DNA of 64,000 nucleotides from Andalucia godoyi And28. Lineage: Eukaryota; Protista; Jakobida. Both the position numbers and the translations under genes were made by a program. The notes beneath the pieces are model-generated. The model saw only the letters and a program-made list of their open reading frames with translations. It did no database searches and was not told the DNA's origin. Position 1 is the stretch's first letter; every line of letters starts with the position of its first letter. This document shows positions 11,326-21,155 of this stretch, piece by piece. The DNA lies in assembly GCA_009859145.1 (NCBI GenBank), contig VRVR01000036.1:93987-157986 (forward strand). The letters run 5' to 3'.

Positions 11326-14300
11326 TCATAGCGGACACTTCGACTCGCCGAATTCGGTCTCGGTCTGATGAGAAGGAAGATCAAGGGTCTGCAGTGACGT
11401 CTCGCTTCGCAGATAACGGATGAGAGACGCAAAGAGACGTATTTCGTCGGGGCTCAAATGCTTCCGCAGGGCTTGCATTTCGGACTGAGACATTTTTGAA
11501 AGCGTATTTCCACCAGATGGTCCGCTTTCAGAAGAGAGAAGGGTACTGCTGGACTCGCTATTTGAACCACGGGGTATGAGACTCATTTCCAGATCGGCAT
11601 TCCTTGTCTTTCTGCGCCGCACTCCACCGTCCAACTCTTCCACATTCTGAGCCTCATAGTACTGTGGCTCCATTCGAATGCCTGGATCCGGAGATACAGG
11701 CCCATTGCGAGCTGCATTGCGAGCTGCATTGCGACGGTCAATGAAAAGATGCAACCGCTCGATAATGACGATCGCCACGGAAAACACTGCCCAAAGACCA
11801 CTGGAACTGCCCAACAGCTGCGAGAACAGCTGCAGCAACGAAATCCGAGAAAAGGACGTGATCGACTGCACCGTGGGAGAAACCTGAAAAATGCACTGAA
11901 TTACCACTGGGGACAGGAGGGACGGATCTGTGAAGGAGACTGGTTGGGTCATGGGGGACCGGACAACGTTCGAAACAGTAACCACAACGGCAAGCCCACG
12001 ATCCTCCACTATAGTGGACGTGCCGTGGGCATTGAGATACTCCAGCGGATTCATGCTGCAATCCACGGTGGCCGATTTGACAGAGGAGTTGCGAGAGAAG
12101 AATCGACCGCTGGACGTCAAATCATGCCCTCTGAACGGAGAGGAAGTTGCGTTGACTTCAATACCATTGAATCCCGTGAGATGCGATCCGTTGAAGGTCT
12201 TGATCGACAATTGAATTAAAAACTTGTTCACCGGGGTTGTTGGCAAATCGAAATTAAGGGTAACAAAACAGGAAGGAACGGGCTGCGTCCATCCAAAATC
12301 CACGGAAACAGATTTGTACGAATACGTAAATCTACCCGACAGCAGATGACTGTCATAGTCCAATTCGATCTCTGCAGCACTGCAATTTCCAGAAAATCCG
12401 TACATTGCAAAGAGCAAAGAAAATGACATTGGTTGCTCAAGCACTCCTGTCGAGCTCCGCAAAGCTACAACAGCAAGACTATTGCCGTTGACATAGCCGT
12501 CAGTGAAACTGGTGATCACGACGGGGAGCGCGATTGCGAAGCCAATACTAAACACTCCACCCAGAACAGTCTTCTTTGAGCCTGGCAAATGCACTGGTCG
12601 CAAAAGGTGGCTGCGAGGGAACGCAAAATCGATATCCCTCAGCCACGCCGTAAATTTCGCATGTAATGACTGCGATCCACAAGACCGCAAAACCAAAACG
12701 CATACGGAGAGCAATATCATCAAACAGGCAACGCTCAGCAGCCCGTAGAGAAGCAGCTGGGAGCCAGTGATGGACGAATCGAATGAGCCACCCCCACCAG
12801 CACTCCCAAGGGCAAAACCCGGAGTGCCATCTGTGTGGACAGGAAGGTCTGCTACCCACAACGGAAAAGGTACAGGCGCAAAAGGCGGGCAAAAGAATCC
12901 TGGCGGACAAGCAGAGCAAACTGAGCTTCCATAAGAGCTGGCGTATGTGCCCGAGGGGCAAACGGAACACACTGCATTTCCGACTCCAGAAGCAAATGCA
13001 CCCGGTTGACAAGAGACGCAAGCTGAAGACATGTTTGCAAATGCAAATGTGCCCGGTGAACACGGAAGACAGGAAGACGCCGCACTTGTTGCAGCGAAAT
13101 ATCCAGAACTGCAAACATCGCACTTGTACGTCCCGTAACCACGAGAAAATGTTCCAGAAGTGCACTCAGCACACAGCGAATTCGCTAAATCAGCCCGATG
13201 GCCAGCGGAACAGCCAGAAGCAGCGTAAAACACATGCAGGAATGCATTGTTCGCAACGTCAAACTCGGAAGCAATGATAACTACAAAAGAAGGATCTGCA
13301 GCCTGCAGCACAGTAAGAACTCCCATTGGGCTTCCAGTGGCGAGGATGAGAGATGGCAACAATGCGTATTGGCCATCCAGTAACCCCACTCGAATAACAG
13401 TCGTGTTCAAACGAATCGCACAACCTGAAGAAGCTGCATCACCACAAGACGTACCGATGTACATCGTTGATGACACCGGGTCGATGGATGCAGAAGAGGC
13501 ATAGCCATTGTCCACTGACACCAGTTGAAAAGGAGAAATGAGAGTGTTGGAAAACGTGGACAGCAGGACAGAACCAATGGTCACCACAGATCCGTAAGTA
13601 ACATAGTGCAGTCGATCACCAAGTAGTGGATCGAGTAACATGAAACGAACATCCTGTACTCCAGAAGGCAACAGACAAGAACGCACAACCTTCATGAAGA
13701 ATGGGCTGCCTCGGCGGTAGGACACTTCCACAACATCTGCCGAGAGGAAAACCGTACAATCCCCAGTGATCAAATCGGAGACGCAGAGGTTCCTTGAAAA
13801 GAACACCGACTCGGAGGCGGGATTCACGAGACAACTTCGAAACTGAAACTGCAAGGACGGTGCTGGATGAACTGACCAGGAGCTGGATGCAGATTCGAAA
13901 TACACGTACGCAGGTTGGCCGGTAGTCGCGGACTTCGGCACCCAACCGATCATAACACCATGTGCTGAATCTTGGCATATTACATACGATTGCTTGGAAA
14001 GTGCGGTACCTAGCGGGAAGAACGGCGTAGGGCCTAGCGAGGAACTGCCATACGAGAGCTCACCGCTTGAAACATTGTATTGCGGCATCCCGACACTTGC
14101 CATTGGCGATGCGGAGCCAGAATACTGCACCAACATCGCAGATCCGTTTTGATAGACAGCAAAGGAGAACGCAATTCTAGGATCTGCATTTCCAGCCACA
14201 CGAATCGGCTTGAACGAATACACAGCGCTGTTCGGACCTTGAGGATCCGGATTGAGAACGGTATTCAACGGGAGTGCAGGCTGGCATCCGTCGAACACCG

Positions 14301-15696
14301 AGTCCATAGAAACAATCACGTCGTCCCGAAGAACCCCATTCCGCTGATACATCGACGGCGCCGAAAAATGAAAAACTTGAGAATCGGGAAGATAGAAAAA
14401 AGAAACCAAGCCGAATGACAGCATTGGAAGAGATGAATTCGAAACGGAAACATTGTTGGTGAGCATGCTGATTCTGTAGTCAAACAAACCACGAGGACTC
14501 GGTCCGCAGCCCGTACGAACAAGAAAATGGAAAATCATAGAAGCCTGAAACTGATCATAATAGCCAACGCTGCTGAAAAGCTGCCAAGCTGGCGATCCCC
14601 AATCTATGGTCGCACAGTATGCACACGAAGAACAAAACGACGCAAGAACTTCTCGTTGATAAGGCGGTTGCAAATTCAGGCGTTCAACATTGAAATTCGA
14701 GGAATTAAATGAAGCAACGTAATATAAGAAGCTAGACAAAGAATCCTGGCTGACGACTTGCAAGCTGATGAGTTTGTCGATTGACCTCCCGATATCTAGT
14801 GAATGCGCTGAAGGACTCGAGAAGTTCCATCGAACGGTTTGGTCCAGGGGGTCCAGAGGAACATTGATGTTCACCGTGTACAGGAATGAGGACTTTGTAT
14901 TGAGGATCGTAAACTGCACATCCGTTGACGTTCTTGTGGAGAATACCAGTGCTGGAATTTGTCGGAAGGCCGGGCAACACGGAAACGAGAAGGACGTCGC
15001 GTTCGACTTTGCATACGAAATCACATTTCCTGGAGATGACATCGTTGCGATCTGGAATACCCATAATGTAATAGATGACGAGGGAGCGGATATTAGAGCA
15101 ACAAGCACGCCGGTGCTGGCATCACATGCAATATCGGAGCTTTGATAAGTCAATGACCGGTTTTGTGGAATCTGCAAATTTGACAGCATCCAGGAATTAT
15201 CAGAATCCAACGAGACTGCGCTGAGCGAGGTCGAATACGATTGCACGACAACCAGGTTCTCCGAAACTTTGCACAACTTCTGAGGAAGCAGCGTTCCCAG
15301 GGACAATGGAACTGTTGAATTGCATATTACAAGACCAGGCAAGCAGATCGCAATCAATGCGCTTTCCGACATCGTTCTCCACCTTCCAATCACCCACACC
15401 TGGCTCTTCTCGCGCATCCACACTGCGTACTGAAACGTTCCAAAATCTACATGCGGAACCACAAACGACACTGAGGAGTCGTTCTTGTTCTTCACTCCAA
15501 GCAAAAGGACCGCATCCAACCCCATATAGAGAACCTGATCACCAATGTCTAAGATCGACGGGGGATTCGTAAACCCTTCCAAGACGCTCTCCATCGTTGC
15601 CGACATTCGCGATGGCAGCGAATAGCAAAGATGACGACTCCACCAGCACAGCACACACAGTGCAACAAAGATCCGCACCACAACCTTTGAAAACAT
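11326..15696 (-). CDS. Large secreted/membrane protein with GCC2/GCC3 (ephrin-receptor-like) Cys repeats and several TM helices
   Basis: N-terminal signal peptide, tandem C..G.F......C..C repeats, and hydrophobic segments followed by a cytoplasmic tail. Confidence 0.75.
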   Translation of the reverse strand: MFSKVVVRIFVALCVLCWWSRHLCYSLPSRMSATMESVLEGFTNPPSILDIGDQVLYMGLDAVLLLGVKNKNDSSVSFVVPHVDFGTFQYAVWMREKSQVWVIGRWRTMSESALIAICLPGLVICNSTVPLSLGTLLPQKLCKVSENLVVVQSYSTSLSAVSLDSDNSWMLSNLQIPQNRSLTYQSSDIACDASTGVLVALISAPSSSITLWVFQIATMSSPGNVISYAKSNATSFSFPCCPAFRQIPALVFSTRTSTDVQFTILNTKSSFLYTVNINVPLDPLDQTVRWNFSSPSAHSLDIGRSIDKLISLQVVSQDSLSSFLYYVASFNSSNFNVERLNLQPPYQREVLASFCSSCAYCATIDWGSPAWQLFSSVGYYDQFQASMIFHFLVRTGCGPSPRGLFDYRISMLTNNVSVSNSSLPMLSFGLVSFFYLPDSQVFHFSAPSMYQRNGVLRDDVIVSMDSVFDGCQPALPLNTVLNPDPQGPNSAVYSFKPIRVAGNADPRIAFSFAVYQNGSAMLVQYSGSASPMASVGMPQYNVSSGELSYGSSSLGPTPFFPLGTALSKQSYVICQDSAHGVMIGWVPKSATTGQPAYVYFESASSSWSVHPAPSLQFQFRSCLVNPASESVFFSRNLCVSDLITGDCTVFLSADVVEVSYRRGSPFFMKVVRSCLLPSGVQDVRFMLLDPLLGDRLHYVTYGSVVTIGSVLLSTFSNTLISPFQLVSVDNGYASSASIDPVSSTMYIGTSCGDAASSGCAIRLNTTVIRVGLLDGQYALLPSLILATGSPMGVLTVLQAADPSFVVIIASEFDVANNAFLHVFYAASGCSAGHRADLANSLCAECTSGTFSRGYGTYKCDVCSSGYFAATSAASSCLPCSPGTFAFANMSSACVSCQPGAFASGVGNAVCSVCPSGTYASSYGSSVCSACPPGFFCPPFAPVPFPLWVADLPVHTDGTPGFALGSAGGGGSFDSSITGSQLLLYGLLSVACLMILLSVCVLVLRSCGSQSLHAKFTAWLRDIDFAFPRSHLLRPVHLPGSKKTVLGGVFSIGFAIALPVVITSFTDGYVNGNSLAVVALRSSTGVLEQPMSFSLLFAMYGFSGNCSAAEIELDYDSHLLSGRFTYSYKSVSVDFGWTQPVPSCFVTLNFDLPTTPVNKFLIQLSIKTFNGSHLTGFNGIEVNATSSPFRGHDLTSSGRFFSRNSSVKSATVDCSMNPLEYLNAHGTSTIVEDRGLAVVVTVSNVVRSPMTQPVSFTDPSLLSPVVIQCIFQVSPTVQSITSFSRISLLQLFSQLLGSSSGLWAVFSVAIVIIERLHLFIDRRNAARNAARNGPVSPDPGIRMEPQYYEAQNVEELDGGVRRRKTRNADLEMSLIPRGSNSESSSTLLSSESGPSGGNTLSKMSQSEMQALRKHLSPDEIRLFASLIRYLRSETSLQTLDLPSHQTETEFGESKCPL

Positions 15697-16499
15697 CGGT
15701 GCTGCAGTTCAAAAACGAAAAAAGACGAAAAATGTATTTAAAAAATGTGGGATGCGCAGCTCCACAGGTCAGACTCCCTAGAACATGAAATAACTTTAAA
15801 TTTATGACAATCGCCAATTCAGTTTAAAAAGAAGGAGTCGCAGGGTCGCTGCTGTGGTGAATGGCGACATTCGTCATGGTGGTGGGAAAAAAAAAGACGA
15901 CACTTGCTGTCGGGGAAACGCAGTACGCACAGTGCGCCGCCTGCTACTGGGAGGAAATGTCCGACCCACTCTGTCTCCAGCCCGAAAAAGGACGCGCCCG
16001 ACAATGAGCTGGAGCGGGCTTTGGATTTGCTCCCGGAACTGAACTGGGATTGTTGTGGCGTTTCATCTTTTTTGGAGCTCGGTGCGTGCCGTACAGCCAT
16101 TGGGCGTGACGGGATGGTAGTTCCAGGCATTGCAGTCCGAAGGAAGAACATGGTACTCAGTCGCTTTCATCTGTGTACTGCGTTTCTGTCAGTCATACTG
16201 CACTGCGGTGGACAGTATGCTTTTCGCTGACCTCCTCTTCGAGTAATAGTCAGGGGTACACTTCTGCGACATCCCGCGTTCCTGGGGCGCTGGAGGAAAA
16301 ACAACTGCTTTTTCCGAGTCTCTTTTCAAGGAAAGATCGTGCCGCTTGTGTGGACTCTCGAGCCCTTCCATATGTATGATGCGTGCCATTGTCTTCAAGG
16401 GAGGCTTTCTGACAGTGCACGGTTGGATCGTTTCAAGATGGTGCGAAACGCCTACATTGTACACGAACCACGGATGATCATCGCTGATCACCCATAATC

Positions 16500-16970
16500 A
16501 ATGCTGCAACCCAACAACATGCATAACATGATTGAGGAGAGGGTAGGCCCCGACACGCCCCTCGGCATGAGAGACGTTCCTAAGATAGATGTTGCGCGCG
16601 CCGTTCCAGTCGCGGTCGATCGTGCATTTGCACGATGGGTAACAAAACACACCTTGTTGCCAGATAACTTGCGATGCATTTCCCCGCAACGGCCGCACGT
16701 TTTAGACGTGCACTCCTCCGTCACAAGACACAATCGACACCTACCGCCCCGCGATTTCGCACAATTTTTGCAGAGCATTCGCTGCTGGAATTGAAAATGG
16801 CCCCATGTCAACATCTGCCGCGCAGTTGTCGCCTTGGCGATCTTTCCTGGCGGCGGCCCAGCGCCGGAAGGTATCGGTGGAGATGTCATGGGTCTTGCCG
16901 CAGCGTTGCGGGCGTAGCGGACACGGTGCGTTGCATGGACAATAAAAATAAGAACGAAAATAAGAAATGA
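16500..16970 (-). mobile_element. Internally deleted IS607-like element: TnpA HTH fragment plus Fanzor2 C-terminal fragment (pseudogenised)
   Basis: Across frameshifts it reads MQRTV..TPATLR-THDISTDTFRRWAAA-GKI, then KIAKATTARQMLTWGHFQFQQRMLCK...VTEECTSKTCGRCGEMHRKLSGNKV / FCYPSCKCTIDRDWNGARNIYLRN. Ends are approximate. Confidence 0.85.
16504..16600 (-). ncRNA. Putative Fanzor2 omegaRNA scaffold of relic 1 (probably decayed)
   Basis: Overlaps the end of the Fanzor ORF. The segment gccgaggggcgtgtcggggcctaccctctc is homologous to the equivalent segment of relic 2. Boundaries are inferred. Confidence 0.5.
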
Positions 16971-17370
16971 GCGTCGCTGTGCGAGAATGCAACGCGGCGG
17001 CGTGTTTATAAGGATTTCATGATCAAAATGGGGCGAAACGAATCGGGCATCGTGTGACGGAATTGTCAAGATACCGTAACAAACGCATGCGCATGGCGCG
17101 TGACAGTGTTTTGTTTTCGTGGGCTTTAGACTGATTCATCATATCGCAATAAGTGGCAACGGCATGCTGCTTTGTTTGAGAGTTTCTTTTTGCGATCCCC
17201 CTTCCCCTCCTCTTTTGTGACAACTTGAGGGGCTCCAGAGACGGACAACCCCCCAGAGTTCGGATACTTCTTCAAAGACTAAACAAACTAGTCATTTATC
17301 ATTAAAGAGAGAGAGACCGAGTAATGCCCAAAGAGAGGGAGGGGGGGCAAGTCAAGGAACAAGGGAAAAA

Positions 17371-19026
17371 CTAAACCTTGTACAGGTTTGCCATGAATTG
17401 CACAATGAAGGAGCTCACAGCCTTCGCTGGCATCTTCGTTGACGCACCATAGATGGCGGCCAGACCTTCACGAAATTCTTCCGGATGACTCTTGTAGCGC
17501 TCAACAACCTCTTTGAGATCTCGGATGAAATCCGCGTAGTGGTCGACCTGCCGAGCGGTAACGGTGCAGTGCAACGACGCCGGCAGTTGCTGACGCTCGA
17601 GATGCCATCCCTTCTTGGACAAGCCGTCGCCGATCGCAAGAATATCAAACGTATCGGAACCAATTGCAAAGATGCACGTCTCGGGCTGGGCAACAACATG
17701 CAGTCCATCAATTGAGTTCACGGCATCTTGAAGAGCTTTGGTTGTCTTCATAATGTCGGCTGCGAGCGCAAGGTATCCATTCTCCCCCATTGCAATCATA
17801 GATGCCCATGCAGTCGCCACTAATCCACCTGGACGAGATCCTGCTGCAGCTGGAGATCCGTAGAGGCCACCGGGCCATGTCGTGATCGTGAAAAACTGGT
17901 GATTCCGGAGATCCGGAGATCGGTAAACGATAACGGACGCGCCCTTCGCAGCGTAACCGTACTTGTGGACGTCGGCAGACATGGAAGTCACGCCAGGGTT
18001 ACGGAAGTCAAACACGGGCATTGGATAGCCCAGCTTTTCAATCCAGGGGACGATGAAGCCGCCAAGACAGCCATCTACGTGCATCGGAATTCCTCGCTTA
18101 CGTGCGATTTCTGACATTTCCGGGATCGGGTCCACGACACCGTGTGGATACTGCGGTGCGGACCCGACAATGCAGATCGTGTTCTTTGAAATTGCTTTTT
18201 CAAGGGCGGAAAGATCACACTTTTTGGAAATCTCGTTGACTGGGACATAAATTATTTTGATGCCGAAGTAATGCGCCCCTTTCGCGAGCGCAGGGTGTGC
18301 AGTAATCGGCATGACTGCCTCTGGACGGGTGATTCCCTTGATAGCCGCTGCGTAATCACGATAGGTCTTGAGCGCCATCATCAGAGACTCGGTGCCGCCA
18401 GACGTCATCGTCCCGCAGGCATCCTCTGGGCCATGGAGCATGCTCGCAGTCATGCGAACAACCTGCGCCTCCATCACCTGGACAGAAGGAAACGCCGAAG
18501 TGTGAAGAGGATTTGTGGACGAGAATGCTGCATAGACCTTGTTCATGAAGTCAACATGTTCTTCGCCTCCGTGGTAGACAAAACCGAATGCACGACCGTG
18601 TTGCCAGTCGCAGTCGTACTCAATGAACTTGCGCATTGTCGCTAAGAGTTCATTTCGGTCTACTCCGACCTCGGGGATCTTGGTATGGCGAGGAACGATT
18701 GTGCGCGACTGCGTAACTCCGTCAGCTTCAGCGTCATCGGCAGCATGAGATGCTTCCGCTTTGCTGAATGCTTTGTTCATCTTTTCAATCATTTTGGAAT
18801 TCTCCTTTGCGATCAGCGCTGCTCCTCCCGGAACACGGGATACTGCGAAATATCCAAAATCCTTCAGCGCAGGAAGCGGATTCAACACCGAAAGGCCTTC
18901 TGGCGACGACAGAACCTTGGACACCGCATAGAGAGCCGCAAGCGATCCGGCTCCAAGAGAAAACGACTTTGGGTCCACATCGCGAACTAAATCACGGACC
19001 ATATCCACTACAGTGTTGTGCGACAT
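17371..19026 (-). CDS. SGPL1: Sphingosine-1-phosphate lyase
   Basis: TNPLHTSAFP, GTMTSGGTESLMMA, HPALAKGAHYF, MHVDGCLGGF and PLP-lysine motif SADVHKYGYA. Confidence 0.95.
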   Translation of the reverse strand: MSHNTVVDMVRDLVRDVDPKSFSLGAGSLAALYAVSKVLSSPEGLSVLNPLPALKDFGYFAVSRVPGGAALIAKENSKMIEKMNKAFSKAEASHAADDAEADGVTQSRTIVPRHTKIPEVGVDRNELLATMRKFIEYDCDWQHGRAFGFVYHGGEEHVDFMNKVYAAFSSTNPLHTSAFPSVQVMEAQVVRMTASMLHGPEDACGTMTSGGTESLMMALKTYRDYAAAIKGITRPEAVMPITAHPALAKGAHYFGIKIIYVPVNEISKKCDLSALEKAISKNTICIVGSAPQYPHGVVDPIPEMSEIARKRGIPMHVDGCLGGFIVPWIEKLGYPMPVFDFRNPGVTSMSADVHKYGYAAKGASVIVYRSPDLRNHQFFTITTWPGGLYGSPAAAGSRPGGLVATAWASMIAMGENGYLALAADIMKTTKALQDAVNSIDGLHVVAQPETCIFAIGSDTFDILAIGDGLSKKGWHLERQQLPASLHCTVTARQVDHYADFIRDLKEVVERYKSHPEEFREGLAAIYGASTKMPAKAVSSFIVQFMANLYKV

Positions 19027-19381
19027 TGTCAAGGAAGGAAGTAGTAGCAATTATAACAATCGTTAAGCACCGCTTGGAAGACACCACACAACAACAACAG
19101 CGAAGGAGGCGAAGAAGAAGAAAAGAAGTCGGGAATAGTGTTGCTGCGAAAGAAGTGAGTCGTGTGATGGAGTTTCCGGATTCCGTCGGCACCGACTCGA
19201 AGTCCTCTCAGAGTTCCGACGGAGAGAGGGGGAAGTGGAGTACGGCAGTTTATAACTTTCCGAATTTTTGATTCGGGAAAACGGCATGACACGACGGCAC
19301 AATGGCAAGCGGCGAATGGCGAATGGCGAATGGTACGTCCAGTGTCCGAACCAGGAAGCGAGGTAGAACTGCGAAATTTTA

Positions 19382-19412
<31 letters not shown>

Positions 19413-19419
19413 AGAGGAA

Positions 19420-20100
19420 TTACTGGTGGTGATCACCCTTGAGCAAAAGCTTGAACTTCGTATCAAGATCATGCAGTTCATATTCAAGAGCCTTCTTATC
19501 AGCCTCTTGGACGACAGAAAGCTTTTTGAGCTGTCGCAGCGCATAGAGATCGGATCGGATCTGCGCCATCCTTTCATGGACCTTTCGTGCTTCCGGTGTC
19601 AGTCTACGGACCTTTGCGTCTGCTCCCGACGACTTCCACATGGACGCCGCACGAATTGCAATGGAGATCTTACCCCAGCGTCGCTTTGCTTCCGTCTTTT
19701 GGGGCATGGTGGATCGCAATTTCACCATCTCTTCCCTAAAGCTCCTTGCCTCTGCTTTTCTGGTTCGCAGAAGCACGTTTTCATTCTTTTCGAGCTCGTG
19801 AATAAGAGCACTGATCTGAGCCTTCTTCTCTGCATTCGAAAGAGCTCCGTTCGCCCGAACTGCCAGAAGCTCTGTTCGCAGCTCTGCATCTCTCTTTTCA
19901 AGATTCGCAAGCGCCAGCTCAAGTTGCAAGAGATCAGGGCCGACTACAGAATTTTCACGAGCCAATGGTCGAGCTTCTCCTGCTCCTGCTCCTGATTCTG
20001 CCAGTGTCGACGTTGCCACTGCTGAGCTGTCGTCCTGTGCACTCTCTTCCAACAGATGCACGCGGGACCGGGCAGTGTCCGTATCGACCGTTAAAGACAT
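19420..20100 (-). CDS. Uncharacterised coiled-coil protein
   Basis: 226-codon ORF rich in heptads (LELALANLEKRDAELRTEL...); no family recognised. Confidence 0.6.
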   Translation of the reverse strand: MSLTVDTDTARSRVHLLEESAQDDSSAVATSTLAESGAGAGEARPLARENSVVGPDLLQLELALANLEKRDAELRTELLAVRANGALSNAEKKAQISALIHELEKNENVLLRTRKAEARSFREEMVKLRSTMPQKTEAKRRWGKISIAIRAASMWKSSGADAKVRRLTPEARKVHERMAQIRSDLYALRQLKKLSVVQEADKKALEYELHDLDTKFKLLLKGDHHQ

Positions 20101-20357
20101 GGTTTGAACGCTGTCAGCTGCAAAACGTCAATCAACCACTAGCGAGGTGGATTGTAACAGCAACAACAATATCTGAGCAATATGAGGGGTTGAAAAGAAA
20201 TGGAAGGAGTAAAGCATGCGGAAAACGAACAAAAGGCAGGCGAAGGAAAGCGTACAATCGGTGTCAATTACGAGACTTCGACAATCGACAATCGACAATC
20301 GACAATCGATACTGTATAAAATTGTAAAGTCCGGCACTTCCCTTCCACACTTTGACC

Positions 20358-20770
20358 ACGGCTTGGCAGCTTTGTGTGTGGAACATCAAACAACATCATG
20401 CCAGAAGAGTTTGTTTTTTCGAAACTCCTTTGGGGGACGCGATGTGTTCCTACCGTAGTCTAGTCCAGAATTTCTCATTCTTCACCGCCTTTTATTCCTT
20501 CTATTATTTTCGGTTTGTTTCTCATATTTATAATCGAACCCTCAAGCAGCACCATTCATCAAAGACAAAACATCTCATGGCTCCAGAGAGAGATCTTCTC
20601 GACAAACGCAAACCGGCGATGCCCGAAGACACCGAGAACCAAGAAACCCGTTGATCCTTTTGATGCAGAGCAATCTGCATCGAAGAGCTGGTGCTCGCCC
20701 CCAAACTGGACCTGTCTTCGGTAACAGCTTAGCCGGTGATGACCTGTAATGATTCATGTTTTGGCGAGCG
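20358..20770 (+). repeat. Dispersed ~412-bp repeat, copy 1
   Basis: Near-identical inverted copy at 50722-51133, with 4 differences counted by eye. Confidence 0.95.
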
Positions 20771-21155
20771 CTGGTACTGGAGCTGCTATTTTTTTACGAC
20801 GAGTACACAAGGAACAGCAACTTTGCCTGTTAGGGCTTCGCGAATCACAAACTGGCAATTTGGCATCTCAGGGTCTCTGACTCGCTGGATGGCGCGCTGG
20901 CAAACACAAAGAACAGAAAGAAATTTCTTACAGCACAGCACAAGACCCGGATGGTGAAAGAAACTGAACATCAGACGTGCATGGCATTCCATTGCATTGC
21001 ACTGCGTTACGCCCCCCTCGTCCTCGGCCTTCGTGGTTCCGGTCTTCGATGAACATACGAGTCATGCACGGTGTGCGCGAAAAGTAAAGAGCAAGCAGTG
21101 AAGATCCCAGTGCCAGGAACAGTGCCAGACAGCTCAGAAAAGAAAAGTTGCAAGA

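Noticed and set aside
16189-16491. Minus-strand ORF as a Merlin DDE fragment (ISDDHPW..MEGLESPHKR)
   Set aside because: The resemblance is limited to two short words, and the opposite strand is equally open.
16488-17069. 193-aa ORF as a functional Fanzor protein
   Set aside because: It is a chimeric frame lacking RuvC-I, WED and REC, and it shifts out of frame before the DRD motif.
20560-20625. 412-bp repeat as U6, U2 or U3 snRNA (catggctcc...acgcaaa; tgatgacc)
   Set aside because: It has no ACAGAGA box, no U2 branch-pairing sequence and no ordered U3 boxes; the similarities are only short words.
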